This document shows positions 25,961-40,052 of a stretch of DNA of 64,000 bases, in pieces. The notes under the pieces were generated by a model, which ran no database searches, was not told where the DNA came from, and saw only the letters and a list, made by a program, of their open reading frames with translations. The stretch lies in NCBI RefSeq assembly GCF_006345805.1, contig NC_043003.1, positions 70,680,001 through 70,744,000 of the forward strand, read 5' to 3'. Position 1 is the stretch's first letter, and every line of letters starts with the position of its first letter. The DNA is from Octopus sinensis. Its lineage: Eukaryota. The position numbers and the translations under genes were made by a program.

Positions 25961-25985
25961 AATTATATATACATATACATACATA

Positions 25986-26039
<54 letters not shown>

Positions 26040-26042
<3 letters not shown>

Positions 26043-26275
26043 TTTTATTCTTTTATTTGCTTCAGCCATTTGACTGCGGTCATGTTAGAGCACCGCCTTT
26101 AGTCGAACAAATCGACCCCAAAACTTATTCTTTGTTAGCTCAGTACTTATTCTAGCCGTCCTTTTTGCCGAACTGCTAAGTTACGGAGACGTAAACACAC
26201 GAACATCGGTTACCAAGCGATTGTGGAGGGACAAACACAGACACAAAAAATACATACATACACACATACATACAT

Positions 26276-26310
<35 letters not shown>

Positions 26311-26350
26311 GATATATATATATAGATATATATATGTGTGTGTGTGTGTA

Positions 26351-26385
<35 letters not shown>

Positions 26386-26515
26386 ATGTATGTATGTATT
26401 TTGAGTGTCTGTGTTTGTCCCCCCCACAATCGCTTGGCAACCGATGTTCATGTTATATATATAAGAAAGGCTTCTTTCAGTTTCCGTCTACCGAATCCTT
26501 CGGTCGACCCGATAA
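26040..26515 (-). mobile_element. SINE family B with internal tandem duplication
   Basis: Family B tail and body on minus strand; tgtttgtccc..cacaatcgcttgg appears in opposite orientation around the microsatellite (26210-26240 vs 26410-26445). Confidence 0.8.
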
Positions 26516-26887
26516 CGCCTGGTTGTAAGGCTAGCGTCTTAAGCTTACAGCCAATGAATACAGAAATTCATTGGAAATGTTATTATCTGAAGCATATTTC
26601 CTTTTATAAGTATTCCATTCTTGTAATTCGATGATATCCATCTTTCCGTAATTGGTTTCCAAATCTAATAATACACTCCCAGAAGATAGGATTAGGTCAG
26701 ATCGAACTAGCCATAGATTTTAAATGTTTCTTCTTGGATGTTTCTTCTAGTGCCAGACAGGAGTGGCAGAATAGCTGAGTGTATCCTGGGGAAATAACTA
26801 CCATAAGTAATACAGCTCCATTTATATTAGAAATTTTTGTTTATATTTACGTGGTTTTTGCAATTTTCATCCTTGTAATTTTATAGG

Positions 26888-28330
26888 ATGGCATCCAGGG
26901 AAAGCAATAACCTAAAAAAGAAGCACGTGTCTCTAGCTTTGAACAAAGAGCAGGAACTTACAAGGAAGTTAGAACCTGGTACTTTGGTGGTAAATGTTTG
27001 TGAAAGATGTGAAGAGTATGGAGTTACAAAACGAACAGTTTCGAACATACGTCAAGAACAAACTCATCCCATTTTCATTGAAATATAATGTTGATATAAA
27101 TGCTAAATCATCTGTTTGTGCAAGGAAACGGATAAGAATTGCAAAAGATACAAATGTTGAGGAGGTGGTGATGAATAACTATCATTGGTTAATAACATCT
27201 ATGATGGAGAAGTTCTGGATGCCGTTGCTGTGGTGGGCATATGAGCATCAAGAATTTCGAAGTTAGTGACAAATGGATATGGTAATAAGATTATCCAGGA
27301 TGAATCCGGCAGTGCACCCAACCAAATATCGAACTACTCAGGAAAAAGGTAAATGATTTAATTAAATGTGCGTTACAGGGATGAAACTTGGTTGTATTGG
27401 CAGTCATTATCACGGAATATCCAACCTTTTTAAGAACGAAACTTCCAAATCTGGTCGTAAACAAAATAAGGAACTTTTGTTGCCTGAGCACAGACTGTAT
27501 GCAAGTGAGTGGTGATATGAAACCCGCACATCTTATGGTTTGAAAGACTTAGCGTACAAGCAACTAATGCGTTATTACAAGAGCAAGAATTTGTGGTACA
27601 AATTACATATTACGTTTTTTGGTGGAGGTTTTTTCGTATTTTATTCTTGAAATGTATAAATGACAGAAAAATGTTCTAAAACTTTCAGCTGATAAGATGA
27701 AGATACTACAAATTTAATTCAATGCACCAACTCACTCAGAGGCCGCCTTCTTGTCAGTATTGATGGAAAACTAAGGCGCATGTTGCTACCGTCTAGTGTT
27801 ATCACCACAACCCAACCAATGAACAAAGATATGATTGGAGTCCACAAATTATTATACCGACGAAGATATTTGGATGAAGTTCACATTGTGATAGAAGGGG
27901 AAAACATAAGAGAAGAAGAGGGGGAGGACAAAGAATTCTCGTTAGAATCAAGAACTATAAGCTAAAGTCAGCAATATTCAATTTAGCAGATTCAATTATT
28001 TTCTGCATGTTGAAGAAGAATACGATTTTGAAAGGTTCATGACAAGTGTTATTTCATCGTAGCTTTCAGAAGGCAAATGAAACAGATGTTCGAGGGGTCA
28101 ACTTCAAAACCTAGCTAGAAGTTACAGTGGACCCTGAATATCAAATGTTAACGGAAGAAGAAATAAGTTTATGACAACAGAAATAGTGAGAGTGACGAAA
28201 AGGACGAACCTTTGTTCAAAAAACCCCAAACTTTCTGTTATAAAAGAATCTCTCGATGGTGACCTTTCGTGTCAATAGAAACTGATATTCAGCCATATTA
28301 TCAAGAATTTATCATTTTCAAGAAGTGACA
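26888..28330 (+). mobile_element. Decayed pogo/Tigger-family transposase
   Basis: KKKHVSLALNKEQELTRKLEPG..V..CEEYGVTKRTVSNIR (CENP-B-type HTH), RKRIRIAKDTNVEE, and LLPSSVITTTQPMNKDMI..HKLLYRRRYLDEV (degenerate PPN.TS..QP.DQG motif); many stops and frameshifts. Confidence 0.8.
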
Positions 28331-28819
28331 TCAGCAAAGTAAACAAGTGATGCTGGAGTCAGTCTTCAATAAAGTTCCATCTGATCTGTTTCTGTATTCT
28401 GCCGGCATAAACTCAAAGACTTCACATTAAGTAGTTAATCCGAGATAAGCCACTCGCTGTTGGAAATATTATTTTCTGCTCTACGCACAAGGCACGAAAT
28501 TTTTGGGGGAGGAAGCCAGTCGATTAGATTGATCCCAGTTGACGCCGAAATGTTGAAAAGCAAAGTCGACCTCGGCGGAATTTGAACTCAGAACATAATG
28601 ACAGATGAAATATCGCAATGCATTTCGCCTGGCGTGCTAATGTTTCTGCCAGCTCGCCGCCTTTTACTGTTGCAAATATTAACTTATCTTTATACACTTA
28701 TCTTTATACACTTATCTTTATACAAATTTTTGGTACGAGGCCAGCAATTTTGAATGGAGAGGCTAAGTTGATTATATCGACCCCAGTACTCAACTGGTAC
28801 TTATTTTATCGACTTCGAA

Positions 28820-28975
28820 ATGACCCCAGGACTTATTCTTTGTAAGTCTAGTACTTATTCTACCGGTCTCGTATGCCAAACCGCTACGTTACGAGGACAT
28901 AAACATATCAACATCGGTTTGTCAAGCGATGGCGAGATTGAAAAACGCGCGCGCACAAACACACACACACACACA

Positions 28976-29069
<94 letters not shown>

Positions 29070-29482
29070 ATATATATAATATATATATATATATACGACG
29101 GGCTTCTTTCAGTTTCCGTCAACCAAATCCACTCACAAGGCTTTGGTCGACCCGGGGCTATACTAGAAGACACTTGCCCAAAGTGCCACGCAGTGAGACT
29201 GAACTCAGAACCATGTGGTTGGGAAGCAAGCTTCTTTTCTACTCTAGGCACAAGACCCGAAATTGGGGGGGGGGGCAGTCGATTAGATCGACCCAGTACG
29301 CAACTAGTACTTAATTTATCGACCGCGAAAGGATGAAACGTAAAGTCGACCTCCGCGGAATTTGATCTCAGAACGTAAAGACAGACGAAATACGGCTAAG
29401 CATTTTGTACGGCGTGCTAACTTTTCTGCCAGCTCCCCGCCTTGGGAAGCAAACTTCTTACCACACAGCCACGCCTGCGCTT
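28820..29482 (-). mobile_element. SINE family B interrupted by a family A SINE (29237-29442)
   Basis: 17-bp TSD tgggaagcaagcttctt (29220-29236) / tgggaagcaaacttctt (29443-29459). Confidence 0.9.
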
Positions 29483-30736
29483 ATTTGTTAAGGAAATTAA
29501 TTTAATGTTCCAGGCAGTTTGCTTATTTATTCATCGCCACCACAAAAAAAAAAAAAAAAATCCGATCTCTTCGATAAAAACAAAATAACTCATTTATCTT
29601 CTTGAAATATTTAGATAATTATTTGATGATGTAGGCCATCACTAGCGTCCTACTATTCTACCGTTTCACTATACTAAATATAAATTCATGAGTGTTTAGC
29701 TGACTCACATATTAGTGAGTTCTCATCCTTGCATGGATTGGAACCGTGAAAAAATGATTAAATATACAATCGTATTTTCAATTCTCGCTCTACATCACCA
29801 TATATGATGAAAAAAGAAATAACTAAAAAAACTGGAATGTCTTCACAACTGATTGGAGCGGATTCACGTCAACGAGTAATGACCAACAAGACTGCTATCC
29901 AGGTAATATCAACCGTAGAAGAGAATGAACGTCGCATATCAATGTTCAAGCCCTGTTGAACTACGGGAAACCTCACGCAGACTCTCCTCCCCAAAGCATT
30001 CCAAGGACCACCATCTATATCCTCCCAGTTCCTGTCATGCGCTGTTAACAATGTCCGGCAAGGGGGATGACTCCCTGTCTATAAAAACCCGTGGAACATC
30101 TTAGAATATCGCAAATACTAATTCGAATATGTTAGATTATAAATTCTCCCAAAGAAAAGCGGTCATCATACCGAGCTTTAGAAATAAAGGTGATTATGAA
30201 CACTTTTGTGGACAACGGAATGGCTTCGAGATTAACTATATGGTTTCTGGTTTCAACCCTACCGTACATCATTTTGAGCAAGTATATCTACAGAAGCATT
30301 TTGTTGACCATTACATTGTGAGTGCAACAGGATGAGCAGAAAATGCATGGAAGCCAGTCGGAGCCATGAATTTTGTTCGAGCATTGATTTAATCAGTGGC
30401 CCAGTTAAAAAACAGACCTTGGCCTTTCGATGTTTTTTGGCTCATTTCAGTCTACTGAATGTCTTCGAGTGAGGACAGAAAATAACTATTTCGGTGGATA
30501 TCATGAAATTTGTTAGGGGCGCTGCCTTTGCTTTCCTAACTCAGGCAGTCATACACACAGGAAGCAATAGAGATTTAGTGACGTAGACGCTTGTGAACAT
30601 GTAGAAACCCATGTTGAGATGCATTACACTGAAATACTTATATGTAGTTATATATAATCGTATGAGTGTACATAGATTAATAGGCACGCAGTATGTGTAG
30701 AAGTATGTGTATTTTAGCGTGCATACCTAAATACTC

Positions 30737-30867
30737 ACATACATACATACATACGTACGTATGTACATACATACATACATACATACATACATACATACGT
30801 ATGTACATACATACATACATACATACATACATACATACATACATACGTACGTATGTACATACATACA

Positions 30868-30901
<34 letters not shown>

Positions 30902-30918
30902 CATACATACATACATAT
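30737..30918. repeat. (CATA)n microsatellite with CGTA interruptions
   Basis: Direct reading. Confidence 0.98.
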
Positions 30919-31060
30919 CATGAACTGTTACTTTCTCAGATTCAACACGAAATTTTGTCAGCGAACACGTTGCGCTTTCAAATCGACGAAAATATTTTGT
31001 CACAAATTAAATTTAAATGTTGAAGTGAATATAACGGATTTTGTGTGTGCGTGTGTGTGC

Positions 31061-31091
<31 letters not shown>

Positions 31092-31504
31092 TGTTTCATG
31101 TGGCTTATAAACTTCTTCCACGCTGTAATTGTTTTTTGTGTCAGCACACGATCTCAGATCGAGTCACTTGCTATGCAAGCACATCTAATAGATATTCTTT
31201 TCATAAATATCCGTAGCGCTACATAAGAATGCCAAAAAAAAAAAAAAAACCAATGAAAAGAGAAAGAAAGAAAGAAAGAAAGAAAGAAAAGAGATAAACC
31301 TTAACCTTAATGGAAGTTCATAGTCTGGAAGAAGAAAAATCGTCTGATTCTGAAATAAAAAATGATGTAGGTCAGATTAAGAATTAGATAGGAAAATGTA
31401 TTGAAGTATAAAATATTATGCTTTTGTGTGTGTGTGTGTGTGAATGCGTATATGTATATACTTACATACATACATATCTATATGTGTGTGTTTTGCTTTT
31501 ATGC

Positions 31505-31536
<32 letters not shown>

Positions 31537-31658
31537 GTATATATATATATATTACTATGTGAAAATGTGAAGTACAGAATGGTGTTCTTGTATGTAGTTA
31601 GAAAAAGTGTGTATGAAGTGTGGTAGGCTATGACTGGGTGGTTGTGTGTGTGCGTATG

Positions 31659-31690
<32 letters not shown>

Positions 31691-32094
31691 AATGGGTATT
31701 TATGTAAAATATAGAATTGGGTGTGTGTATGGGAAGTGTAGAAACTAATGTTTTTTCGTGAGCGTGTATGGAAGAAGATATTGGTTACAAGTTATATTTC
31801 TGTGTTTATGCGTACGTATGGGCATTTATATATGTATGTGTATATATATATAGGTGTGTGTGTGTGCGCGTGTATGTGTGAGTGTATATGAAAGTATATA
31901 TGTATGAATATATGTATATACGTATGTGGCTGGTAAGGAGTTGGCTTCTCAATCACATGGTTCGGTGTTCGGTCCTACTGGATGGTGCTTTGGGCAAGTA
32001 TCGTCTAGCCTGGAACCAACCAGTGGATTATATATATATAATTTCGCATTAGAGAAGCCAGGACATAGAGAAAAATAAAAATTCTTTAACGCAG

Positions 32095-32252
32095 GAGTGG
32101 GTATGTGGTGAGTAGCTTGCTTACCAACCACATGGTTCCGGGTTCAGTCCCACTGCGTGGCACCTTGGGCAAGTGTCTTCTACTATAGCCTCAGGCCTTG
32201 TGAGTGGATTTGGCAGACGAAAACTGAAAGAATCCCGTCATATATGTATATG

Positions 32253-32328
<76 letters not shown>

Positions 32329-32530
32329 TGTCTGTGTTTGTTCCCCAAACATCGCTTGACAACCGATGCTGGTGTGTTTACGTCTCCATAACTTAGCGGT
32401 TCGGCAAAATAAACCGATAGAATAAGTACTAGGCTTTCAAAGAATAAGTCCTGGGGGCGATTTGCTCGACTAAAGGCGGAGCTCCAGCATGGCAGCAGTC
32501 AAATGACTGAAACAAGTAAAAGAATAAAAA
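32095..32530 (+). mobile_element. SINE family B (CORE-like), near full length
   Basis: tRNA-like head gggttcagtccc; gcaccttgggcaagtgtctt resembles the CORE motif; tail gcatggcagcagtcaaatgactgaaacaagtaaaag. Confidence 0.92.
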
Positions 32531-32849
32531 AGTAAAAAGTAACGGTAGTGATAGTGGAAATAATATACGTAGCGGGATGGACCATACGGACAATTATTAT
32601 AATAGCATGCATGATATGAAAACAGTAACCAAATAGACCAGACAGTAGGAAAAGTTAAAGATAGGAAATCTGTGTAATTAGAATATAACAATAGAGTATC
32701 TAGACACAAAGAGAAGAGTACAAATTTACTTGAATATGCTCCAAAAAAAGTACAAAGACAGAGTAAGGAAACAATACATAAGCTCTATGAATAATAATAA
32801 ACAAATATTTGACAAATATAATGTCGAAAATAATAGCAAATAAACCCAA

Positions 32850-33790
32850 TGCCGTAATAAAAGCCAGATAAAGAGATTACACACTTTTACAAAAAGCTTA
32901 GGTAGAAATAGAAATATATACCTCAGTTATATGGATATCTCCAGCTATATCGAAAGGTATATAATTCCCTTCGGAAAACAAATAATTTCCAGTATACCAA
33001 AATTGTTTTATTCAGCATTAACTAAACATTTTTCGAGAGACAGTAAATACTATAGAAATTTTCATAAAATTAGGGTTAGAGTAGCTTTCTGTAATAGCAA
33101 AATTCTAGCATAAATTAAAGCTGTACACAACGATAGTAAATTTAAGTTTCCATATGGACCAAAGCAATAATAGTAACCATGATTATAATTATAGATCAAT
33201 AAATAGCAACAATATCAACATGAGTGTACAAACCATAACACAACTAGGTATCAGAATAGGAACTATGGCTTGACAACCAATAAAATTGAAGAGACCCGAG
33301 GGAACTCCACAATTAACCTGAAAGTAATATATGTGAATTCTAAAAAGCAAAGTGTTCAGAAGCTTAGAAGATAGACAGGAGAGTATAGAAATCACATCTA
33401 GAGTAGGTGAAGTGGATAATAGTAATAGAAGTAGTAGAATTATTAAATGAGATTGTGCAATGAACAAGGTTTGTCTGTTTAACTCTAATTGTAGGCATAA
33501 AAATATCGTATACAGATGTAAGATTACCTCAGAGAATAGAGAGTATTTCTATACAGGAGCTATCAATCAGAGAATTGCCAATCTTTTTAGATCGTTTAGA
33601 AATATGGACAAAATAAACACTACCAGCCTTAGTAAGTTAATTTGGGCACTAAAAGATTTAACAAAGTATCTTCGATTGCTTGGAGAATAATTAGTAAAGC
33701 AAAACCTTATTGAATAGGCAATAATAGATGTGACTCTTGTGTGGAAGAAACGTACCAAATTTTTCTAAATTTACTCTTATAAACACTAGC
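32850..33790 (+). mobile_element. Penelope-like element remnant (RT C-terminal linker and GIY-YIG endonuclease)
   Basis: LTKHFSRDSKYYRNFHKIRVRVAFC; CLFNSNCRHKNIVYRCKITSENREYFYTG...TTSLSKLIWALKD; AKPY*IGNNRCD.CVEE. Confidence 0.85.
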
Positions 33791-34208
33791 CAGGAACAGG
33801 GAATGAGATTAAATATACACTTAAACGATTTAAAGAAACATAACTTACTATCTATAGTAATTATACTAGTTAAAATAATGATTGTGATAATTAATATTTA
33901 TGCAAATAATACTAACAACTATAATTATAATTATAATAACAATAATTTTAATTGAAGTTATAAACCCAAAATGAGTGAAATACTTCTGAATAAATAATGT
34001 ACTCCATACAGTAAAATGTAAACAAAACTACTACAGTTAATTGTAATATAAACATTTTAAAACTACGATTCAACTGCAATACCAGTAGAGGTGGTTATAA
34101 GATCAGAATTCAATTGGATTTAAAAACGCAACGTTATCATCTTCAACCGAATACCAACGCAAGACGCTTTGTTTCAATTAGTTCACTTAGGAAACGTCGT
34201 AAGTGACG

Positions 34209-34293
34209 GACCCTTGATGAAATTTCAGCGACTATAATACATAATTGCATACGGAGCAATGTGCAGTCGCTGCAGTAGAAACATGTGGTGGTC
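34209..34293 (+). ncRNA. Degenerate hammerhead-like motif downstream of the Penelope remnant
   Basis: GACC..TGATGA...CAGCGACT/AGTCGCTG (8-bp stem II)...GAAA-CATGT-G-GTGGTC; cleavage position is G, so probably inactive. Confidence 0.4.
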
Positions 34294-35074
34294 AATGTTA
34301 TATATGCTGTAGAAAACTGTTTAATTAAAACAAAATTGGATGTGAATAAATCTCCACTCTCCTCTCGGTTTTCAGCTATATATATATATATATATAATTC
34401 TATATTTTCATTTTTTAACAGATAAATATACGTATGTGCAATTAATCAATTCAATTTTTTATTTGAATTAAATTATGGCTTGCACAGTAAGGTTCGGCGA
34501 ATATATTTGCACTTACACATATTTATCTGTTAAAAAATTAAAATATAGAATTTGGTACTGAATTATAATAAAGTTATTTAGAGACCTGACGATTGGGGTT
34601 GCGTTTTAAGAAATGTTCCTGTAAAACACTGCGTGCTTAAGGAACGGTAAAAGAACCTCAAGAAACACGTGTATCAGTGAAATTCAGAAATGAGTAGTAA
34701 GTATTAAAGTAAAATTATTTTATATGGTGTGATGATGGTGACTGCTATCTCTAAATAACATATATTTCCTCATTGAGAATAATTCATTTTATTTGAATCC
34801 CTGTGATGCCGGAATTTTTATTCCCTAATAAATAAAATAAAATAATATATATACACATACATACAGACATGTATAATGATATACATATATATATATATGA
34901 AAGAGGGGAGCGGAAAGCGAGAGAGGGGGAAAGGGGAAAGGACAGAATGGAGAAGAGAGATGTATCATAATATATATGTGTGTGTTTCCGTGTATGTACG
35001 TATGTGGCATGCATGCATGTATGTATGTATGCATGTATGTATGCATGTATGTATATGTGTATAGACACTTATGC

Positions 35075-35225
35075 ATGGCTGTCTGGTAAGAAGTTTGCTT
35101 CCCAACGACATGGTTTTGGGTTCAGTCCCACAGCGTGGCATCTAAGCGATTGTCTTGGACTATAGATTCGAGCCGACCAAAGCTTTAGGAGCAGATTTAG
35201 AAGGTGGAGACTAAAAGGAGTCCGT

Positions 35226-35304
<79 letters not shown>

Positions 35305-35510
35305 ATGCTTGCCTTTGTTTCTGTGCTTGTCTCCTCCACTGCTTGACGGCCGGTCTTGGTTTGTTTACGTCCGCGTAAGTTAGCGGTTTGGCAAAACTGA
35401 CGGAATAAGTACTAAACTTTAAAATTAAAGACTGAGATCGATTTGTTTGACTAAATCCTTCAAAGCGGTGTCCCAGCATGGCCGCAATCCAATGACTGAA
35501 GCAAAATATA
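35075..35510 (+). mobile_element. SINE family B
   Basis: ggctgtctggtaagaagtttgcttccc...gggttcagtccca...tail. Confidence 0.88.
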
Positions 35511-35655
35511 AAAGGTATATTTACACAGAGAAAGAGTAAGACAGAGATACACGTACATGGGTGTGTATACGTGAGCGCGTGTGTGTATTTTGTGTATCAA
35601 ATGTATGTATGTATGACAAATATAGAAAGAGTCGAAAATGCTCTTTATTTATTGG

Positions 35656-35753
<98 letters not shown>

Positions 35754-36772
35754 AGTGTGTGCGGGAAAATAAAGACATGAAATTGTTTTCATATAAAAAT
35801 TCTTTCATACGATAGTTTTCTATTTTCCAGAAAAACAAATTAATATGTTTTTACCAAATGATTTTATTCACATAAAAAAAGTAACAATCATATTTTTCTG
35901 AAAAGTTTTCTCATAAAACATAGTTTTACTGAATAGTTTTTAGTACATCTTTTAAGATTCTTTACAGTGGGGGGGTGAAAATCGCATTTTACTGACTGGT
36001 TTACACGGTTATCAGCTTAACAACGTTTAAAGTATGTTCTTCGATACAATTTTAGCCCTTGTGGTAAAAAAAACATGGGATAAATTTTATCTGGTCATGT
36101 TGTTAATGTAGTTTCCAAACAAGGGATGTAACTGTTACTCTGTCTTTCATGTCGCTTAGATTCTTTTCATTAGCTTATATATAGGTTAATATTTTCGGAA
36201 AGTAATATTTTCACTTACAGAGAAGAAAGAGTTTCTTTTAAGAGTGTTATATCGTCAGTGACGATATATGATGTGCGTGTGAGTGTAACAATGTATCATA
36301 GCGCCATATATAACCGTATAACAATAAACAATGTAACAAGAGTTGGTTGGTTGTCTTATTATAACTCTTCGCACAATAACACTCCAACGCAGAATCAATA
36401 ACGAGACTAACGCTCTCACAGTTCGATCTCAACTGTCAGCTGGCTCTTCTGTTTATAAGACTCGTCCAGTTCACTGACAACAGCCCGTGCGGGGCGGGGG
36501 GGGGGGTTCAGTTCACCCCACAACAAAGGGAGGGAATTCTGTTTAATTAAAATAATAGATAAAAACATAAAGTAACAGATTTCTGATTGCGCAACAACAT
36601 TTATTTAGCCTAAAAAAGAGTCAGCTCAGTTTTTCTATTGTTCTTATTGATGCTGGTTTTGATGTTGTTGTTGTCATTCAAATCCAGTGAGACGATACAG
36701 TAAACCTACTTCAATCCATATATGTATTCATAAGTCTCTCTCTCTCTCATTCTCTCTCTCTCTCTCTCTGTG

Positions 36773-36844
<72 letters not shown>

Positions 36845-37047
36845 CAGCCAACCAGCCAAACGGACGAACGGACGGACGGATGGATGGATAGACAGACAGA
36901 CAGACGGACAGATACACACACATACATACATACATACATACATACATACATACATACATACATACATACATACATAAAAATAGGTTGTATAAAAATTGTA
37001 AAATAAGAGGAAATAGATTTTGAGGTTTAACAAGTGTTTAAGTTCTA

Positions 37048-37170
37048 TTCTGTGGAAGAGCGTAGGCTCGAAACGTTAAAGACTTTTTTCACTTCCTGAG
37101 CGTTAAACGAATACATTTGGTTGTTGTCTACACCACCTTTCTTCGTCCTTTTTTTGTAAATTCTCCTTAT
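37048..37170 (+). mobile_element. Penelope-type pseudo-LTR fragment with degenerate hammerhead motif (family alpha)
   Basis: TT-CTGTGGA-A-GAGC-GTAG-GCTC-GAAA-CGT-T-AAAG followed by cctgagcgt.aaac.aatacat as at 25855. Confidence 0.5.
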
Positions 37171-37521
37171 ACATACATACATACATACATACATACATAC
37201 ATACATACATACATACATACATACATACATACCTATATTTGTATTATATATATATATATATACTTTATTAGTAAAGCTGCAAAGACATCACAAAAGCTGT
37301 TTCTCAGAGTTTCGCGTTCCCGTTCGCAGGACAATTTTGGTTTTGAACAAAATAAGGTTATATAGAAATATATACAATTATTTGATAGATACACATTTGA
37401 AAATATACATTTAGTGACACATTCACATATAAAAATAAACTTATATATACATATATACCCTAAACAGACACGTGTTGGTACAGGACTACATACATATACA
37501 AAGACATACGGGAAAAGCATA

Positions 37522-37783
37522 CAGTGGGGGGAAATAAATATTCGTACATGTCAAAATTCTTTATTTATTTAATTTCTAATGAAAATAAATGGGATATACC
37601 AATACTATATTTGCATACACATGTATAAATTAAGAATATGCAAAAGAAACTAATAAATTATAGTAACTAAGGAATTTATATTCAATTATAAATATTTAGG
37701 GGTGGAAAAAGTATTCGTACAGAACATAAATAACTGACAATTCTGATTTAATACTTCGTAGCATAACCATTATTCCGTTTACC
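37522..37783 (-). mobile_element. Tc1 right-end remnant (second family, IR/DR type)
   Basis: TA-CAGTGGGGGGAAATAAATATTCGTACA terminus; inner repeat gtggaaaaagtattcgtaca near 37702; minus strand ends ...NNGYATKY*. Confidence 0.8.
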
Positions 37784-37906
37784 TTTAAATTACCAACTAG
37801 CTAGGACTATACATAGTGAGGTAATACACCAGTAGTGTTTATGGATACATTTATCCCTTAGATGGTTGCATAACTCTAACTCATAATTTGCTTAACACAC
37901 ACACAC

Positions 37907-37941
<35 letters not shown>

Positions 37942-37965
37942 TTATATATATATATATATATATAC

Positions 37966-38726
37966 GCGGGAAAGAAGCAACAAGAATGGATAGGTTTTTA
38001 GTACAATCGTTTCATACAAGGACAGGCTTTATTAAAAGTTGTAAAAATTACAGCATATTCTTTGCCTCTCTAGAAAGCCCTTCAGCCTTTAAAAGTTAAA
38101 TAGCTACAGCCTCTTGTAAATAGCAGTAATGTGATTAATGTGGCAAATACCTAATCATATAACAAGAATTGATACCTACCTCATTGTGTTCAACCACTGA
38201 TAAATTTATCGCCTGTGAATATGAAATTCCTCTTCATTTCTCTGGAAATTTACATCTACACCATTGGAGATTGTGCATCTATACAAAGGATTAATTCACC
38301 CTCTCTGTAATGCTAATAAGCAGGAATTGAGACCCACCTCGTTGTGATTAACAATGGATAAATTTGTCTTCTGTGAGTATGTAATCCCTCATCATATCTC
38401 TGGAAATTCATATGTGCTCTATGGATTAGGTCACCTTCTCTGTGATGCTATTAAAACTTTTTTAAAATTCTGTGATAAGACTGTACATCATCTTTAAAGA
38501 ACTGTAATGAACTTTGGAATCTGTTTATGTTTATGTTACTTAATTATCTACATTACTTCATGAGTATAGCCTCAACCACTAGGATGTCTAGAGAACTCAC
38601 ATGTATTTTAGCTGATGAGTACGGGACACGTTTATATGCTGTAATTTTTACAACTTTTAATAAAGCCTGTCCTTGTATGAAACGATTGTACTAAAAACCT
38701 ATCCATTCTTGTTGCTTCTTTCCCGC
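37966..38726. repeat. Perfect 92-bp inverted repeat (37966-38057 / 38635-38726) bounding a hammerhead-bearing element
   Basis: Arms compared base by base with no mismatch found; diverged ~158-bp direct repeats inside (about 38193 and 38351). Confidence 0.9.
38606..38696 (+). ncRNA. Type I hammerhead ribozyme with extended stem II
   Basis: TTTTAG-CTGATGA(38612-38618)-GTAC-GGGACA...TGTCCT-T-GTAT-GAAA(38679-38682)-CGATTGT-A(38690)-CTAAAA; 6-bp stem I, GUA site. Confidence 0.75.
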
Positions 38727-38843
38727 TTATAATCACCCCGCATTACTGTATTGTTAAAACAGTATAGTTTTTTTTGGTGCATCTAAGTTAGGTACCATAT
38801 TCAAGTAAATTCATTTAAATTAACTTGAATCTTTATTGCTTTT

Positions 38844-38997
<154 letters not shown>

Positions 38998-39223
38998 GTA
39001 GGACAAAACTTTTTTCGAAAAAATTTTATCAATGACCAGCATATTAAAAAATACCTTTAAAGGTTAAATTTATAAACAATTCATAAATAAGGGCAACCGA
39101 AAAAATTTCTAATGCCGAATATGCTGAAAAATTGGACATATTGTCCATTAACCATATAATTTTTTCACAATACGCACGCTACTTGAAAAAAGGTCGACAG
39201 AAATTTCTAAAAAATTCCATTAT

Positions 39224-39281
39224 TACCATATCGGACCGATTTCAGGGTTAGCTCATAACAGCCCTCCCTTCGTCAGTGATA
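39224..39281 (-). ncRNA. Type I hammerhead ribozyme (family gamma, copy 1)
   Basis: Minus: TATCA-CTGACGA-AGGG-AG-GGCTG-TTAT-GAGCT-AA-CCCT-GAA-ATCGGTCCGAT-A-TGGTA. Confidence 0.8.
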
Positions 39282-39709
39282 CATGTGGCAAAAGAAATAA
39301 ATGAGATACTTACTCATACCCATGGAAGAAGCAAATACTAAGTCATGAGCACAATTAAGTACCCCAAATAATCCAAAATAGAAATACTCCAACCCATTCG
39401 AGACACGTGCGATTTGAACTGAGGCCCTCACAGAGTCTGGAAGTGAACGCTTAAATCCATATCTAATGTAGGATAAAATTTTTTACGAAAAAAATTCTTT
39501 TCGAAAAAAATTTTATCAATGGCCAGCATATTAAAAAATACCTTTAAAGGTTAAATTTATAAACAATTCATAAATAAGGGCAAACGAAAAATTCCTAATG
39601 CCAAATATGCCGAAAAATTGGACATATTGTCCATTAACCATATAATTTTTTCAGAATACGCACGCTACTCGAAAAAAAGTCGACAGAAATTTCTAAAAAA
39701 TTCCATTAT

Positions 39710-39767
39710 TACCAAATCGGACCGATTTCAGGGTTAGCTCATAACAGCCCTCCCTTCGTCAGTGATA
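39710..39767 (-). ncRNA. Type I hammerhead ribozyme (family gamma, copy 2)
   Basis: Same as copy 1 except the cleavage base is U (AUU). Confidence 0.78.
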
Positions 39768-39935
39768 CATGTGGCAAAAGAAATAAATGAGATACTTACT
39801 CATACCCATGGAAGAAGCAAATACTAAGTCATGAGCACAATTAAGTACCCCAAATACATCCAAAATAGAAATACTCCAACCCATTCGAGACACGTGCGAT
39901 TTGAACTGAGGCCCTCATAGAGTGAGAGAATTGTT

Positions 39936-40052
<117 letters not shown>

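Noticed and set aside
29869-30051. ORF with faint RTE-like wording (NWEDI...VVQQGL)
   Set aside because: Too degenerate to assign by eye.
36249-36268. CTGACGA on the minus strand within atatcgtca-g-tgacgatat
   Set aside because: A simple hairpin with no hammerhead stems.
39400-39467. Functional tRNA-Trp gene
   Set aside because: The anticodon and acceptor stems do not pair; treated as a tRNA-derived head of the repeat unit.
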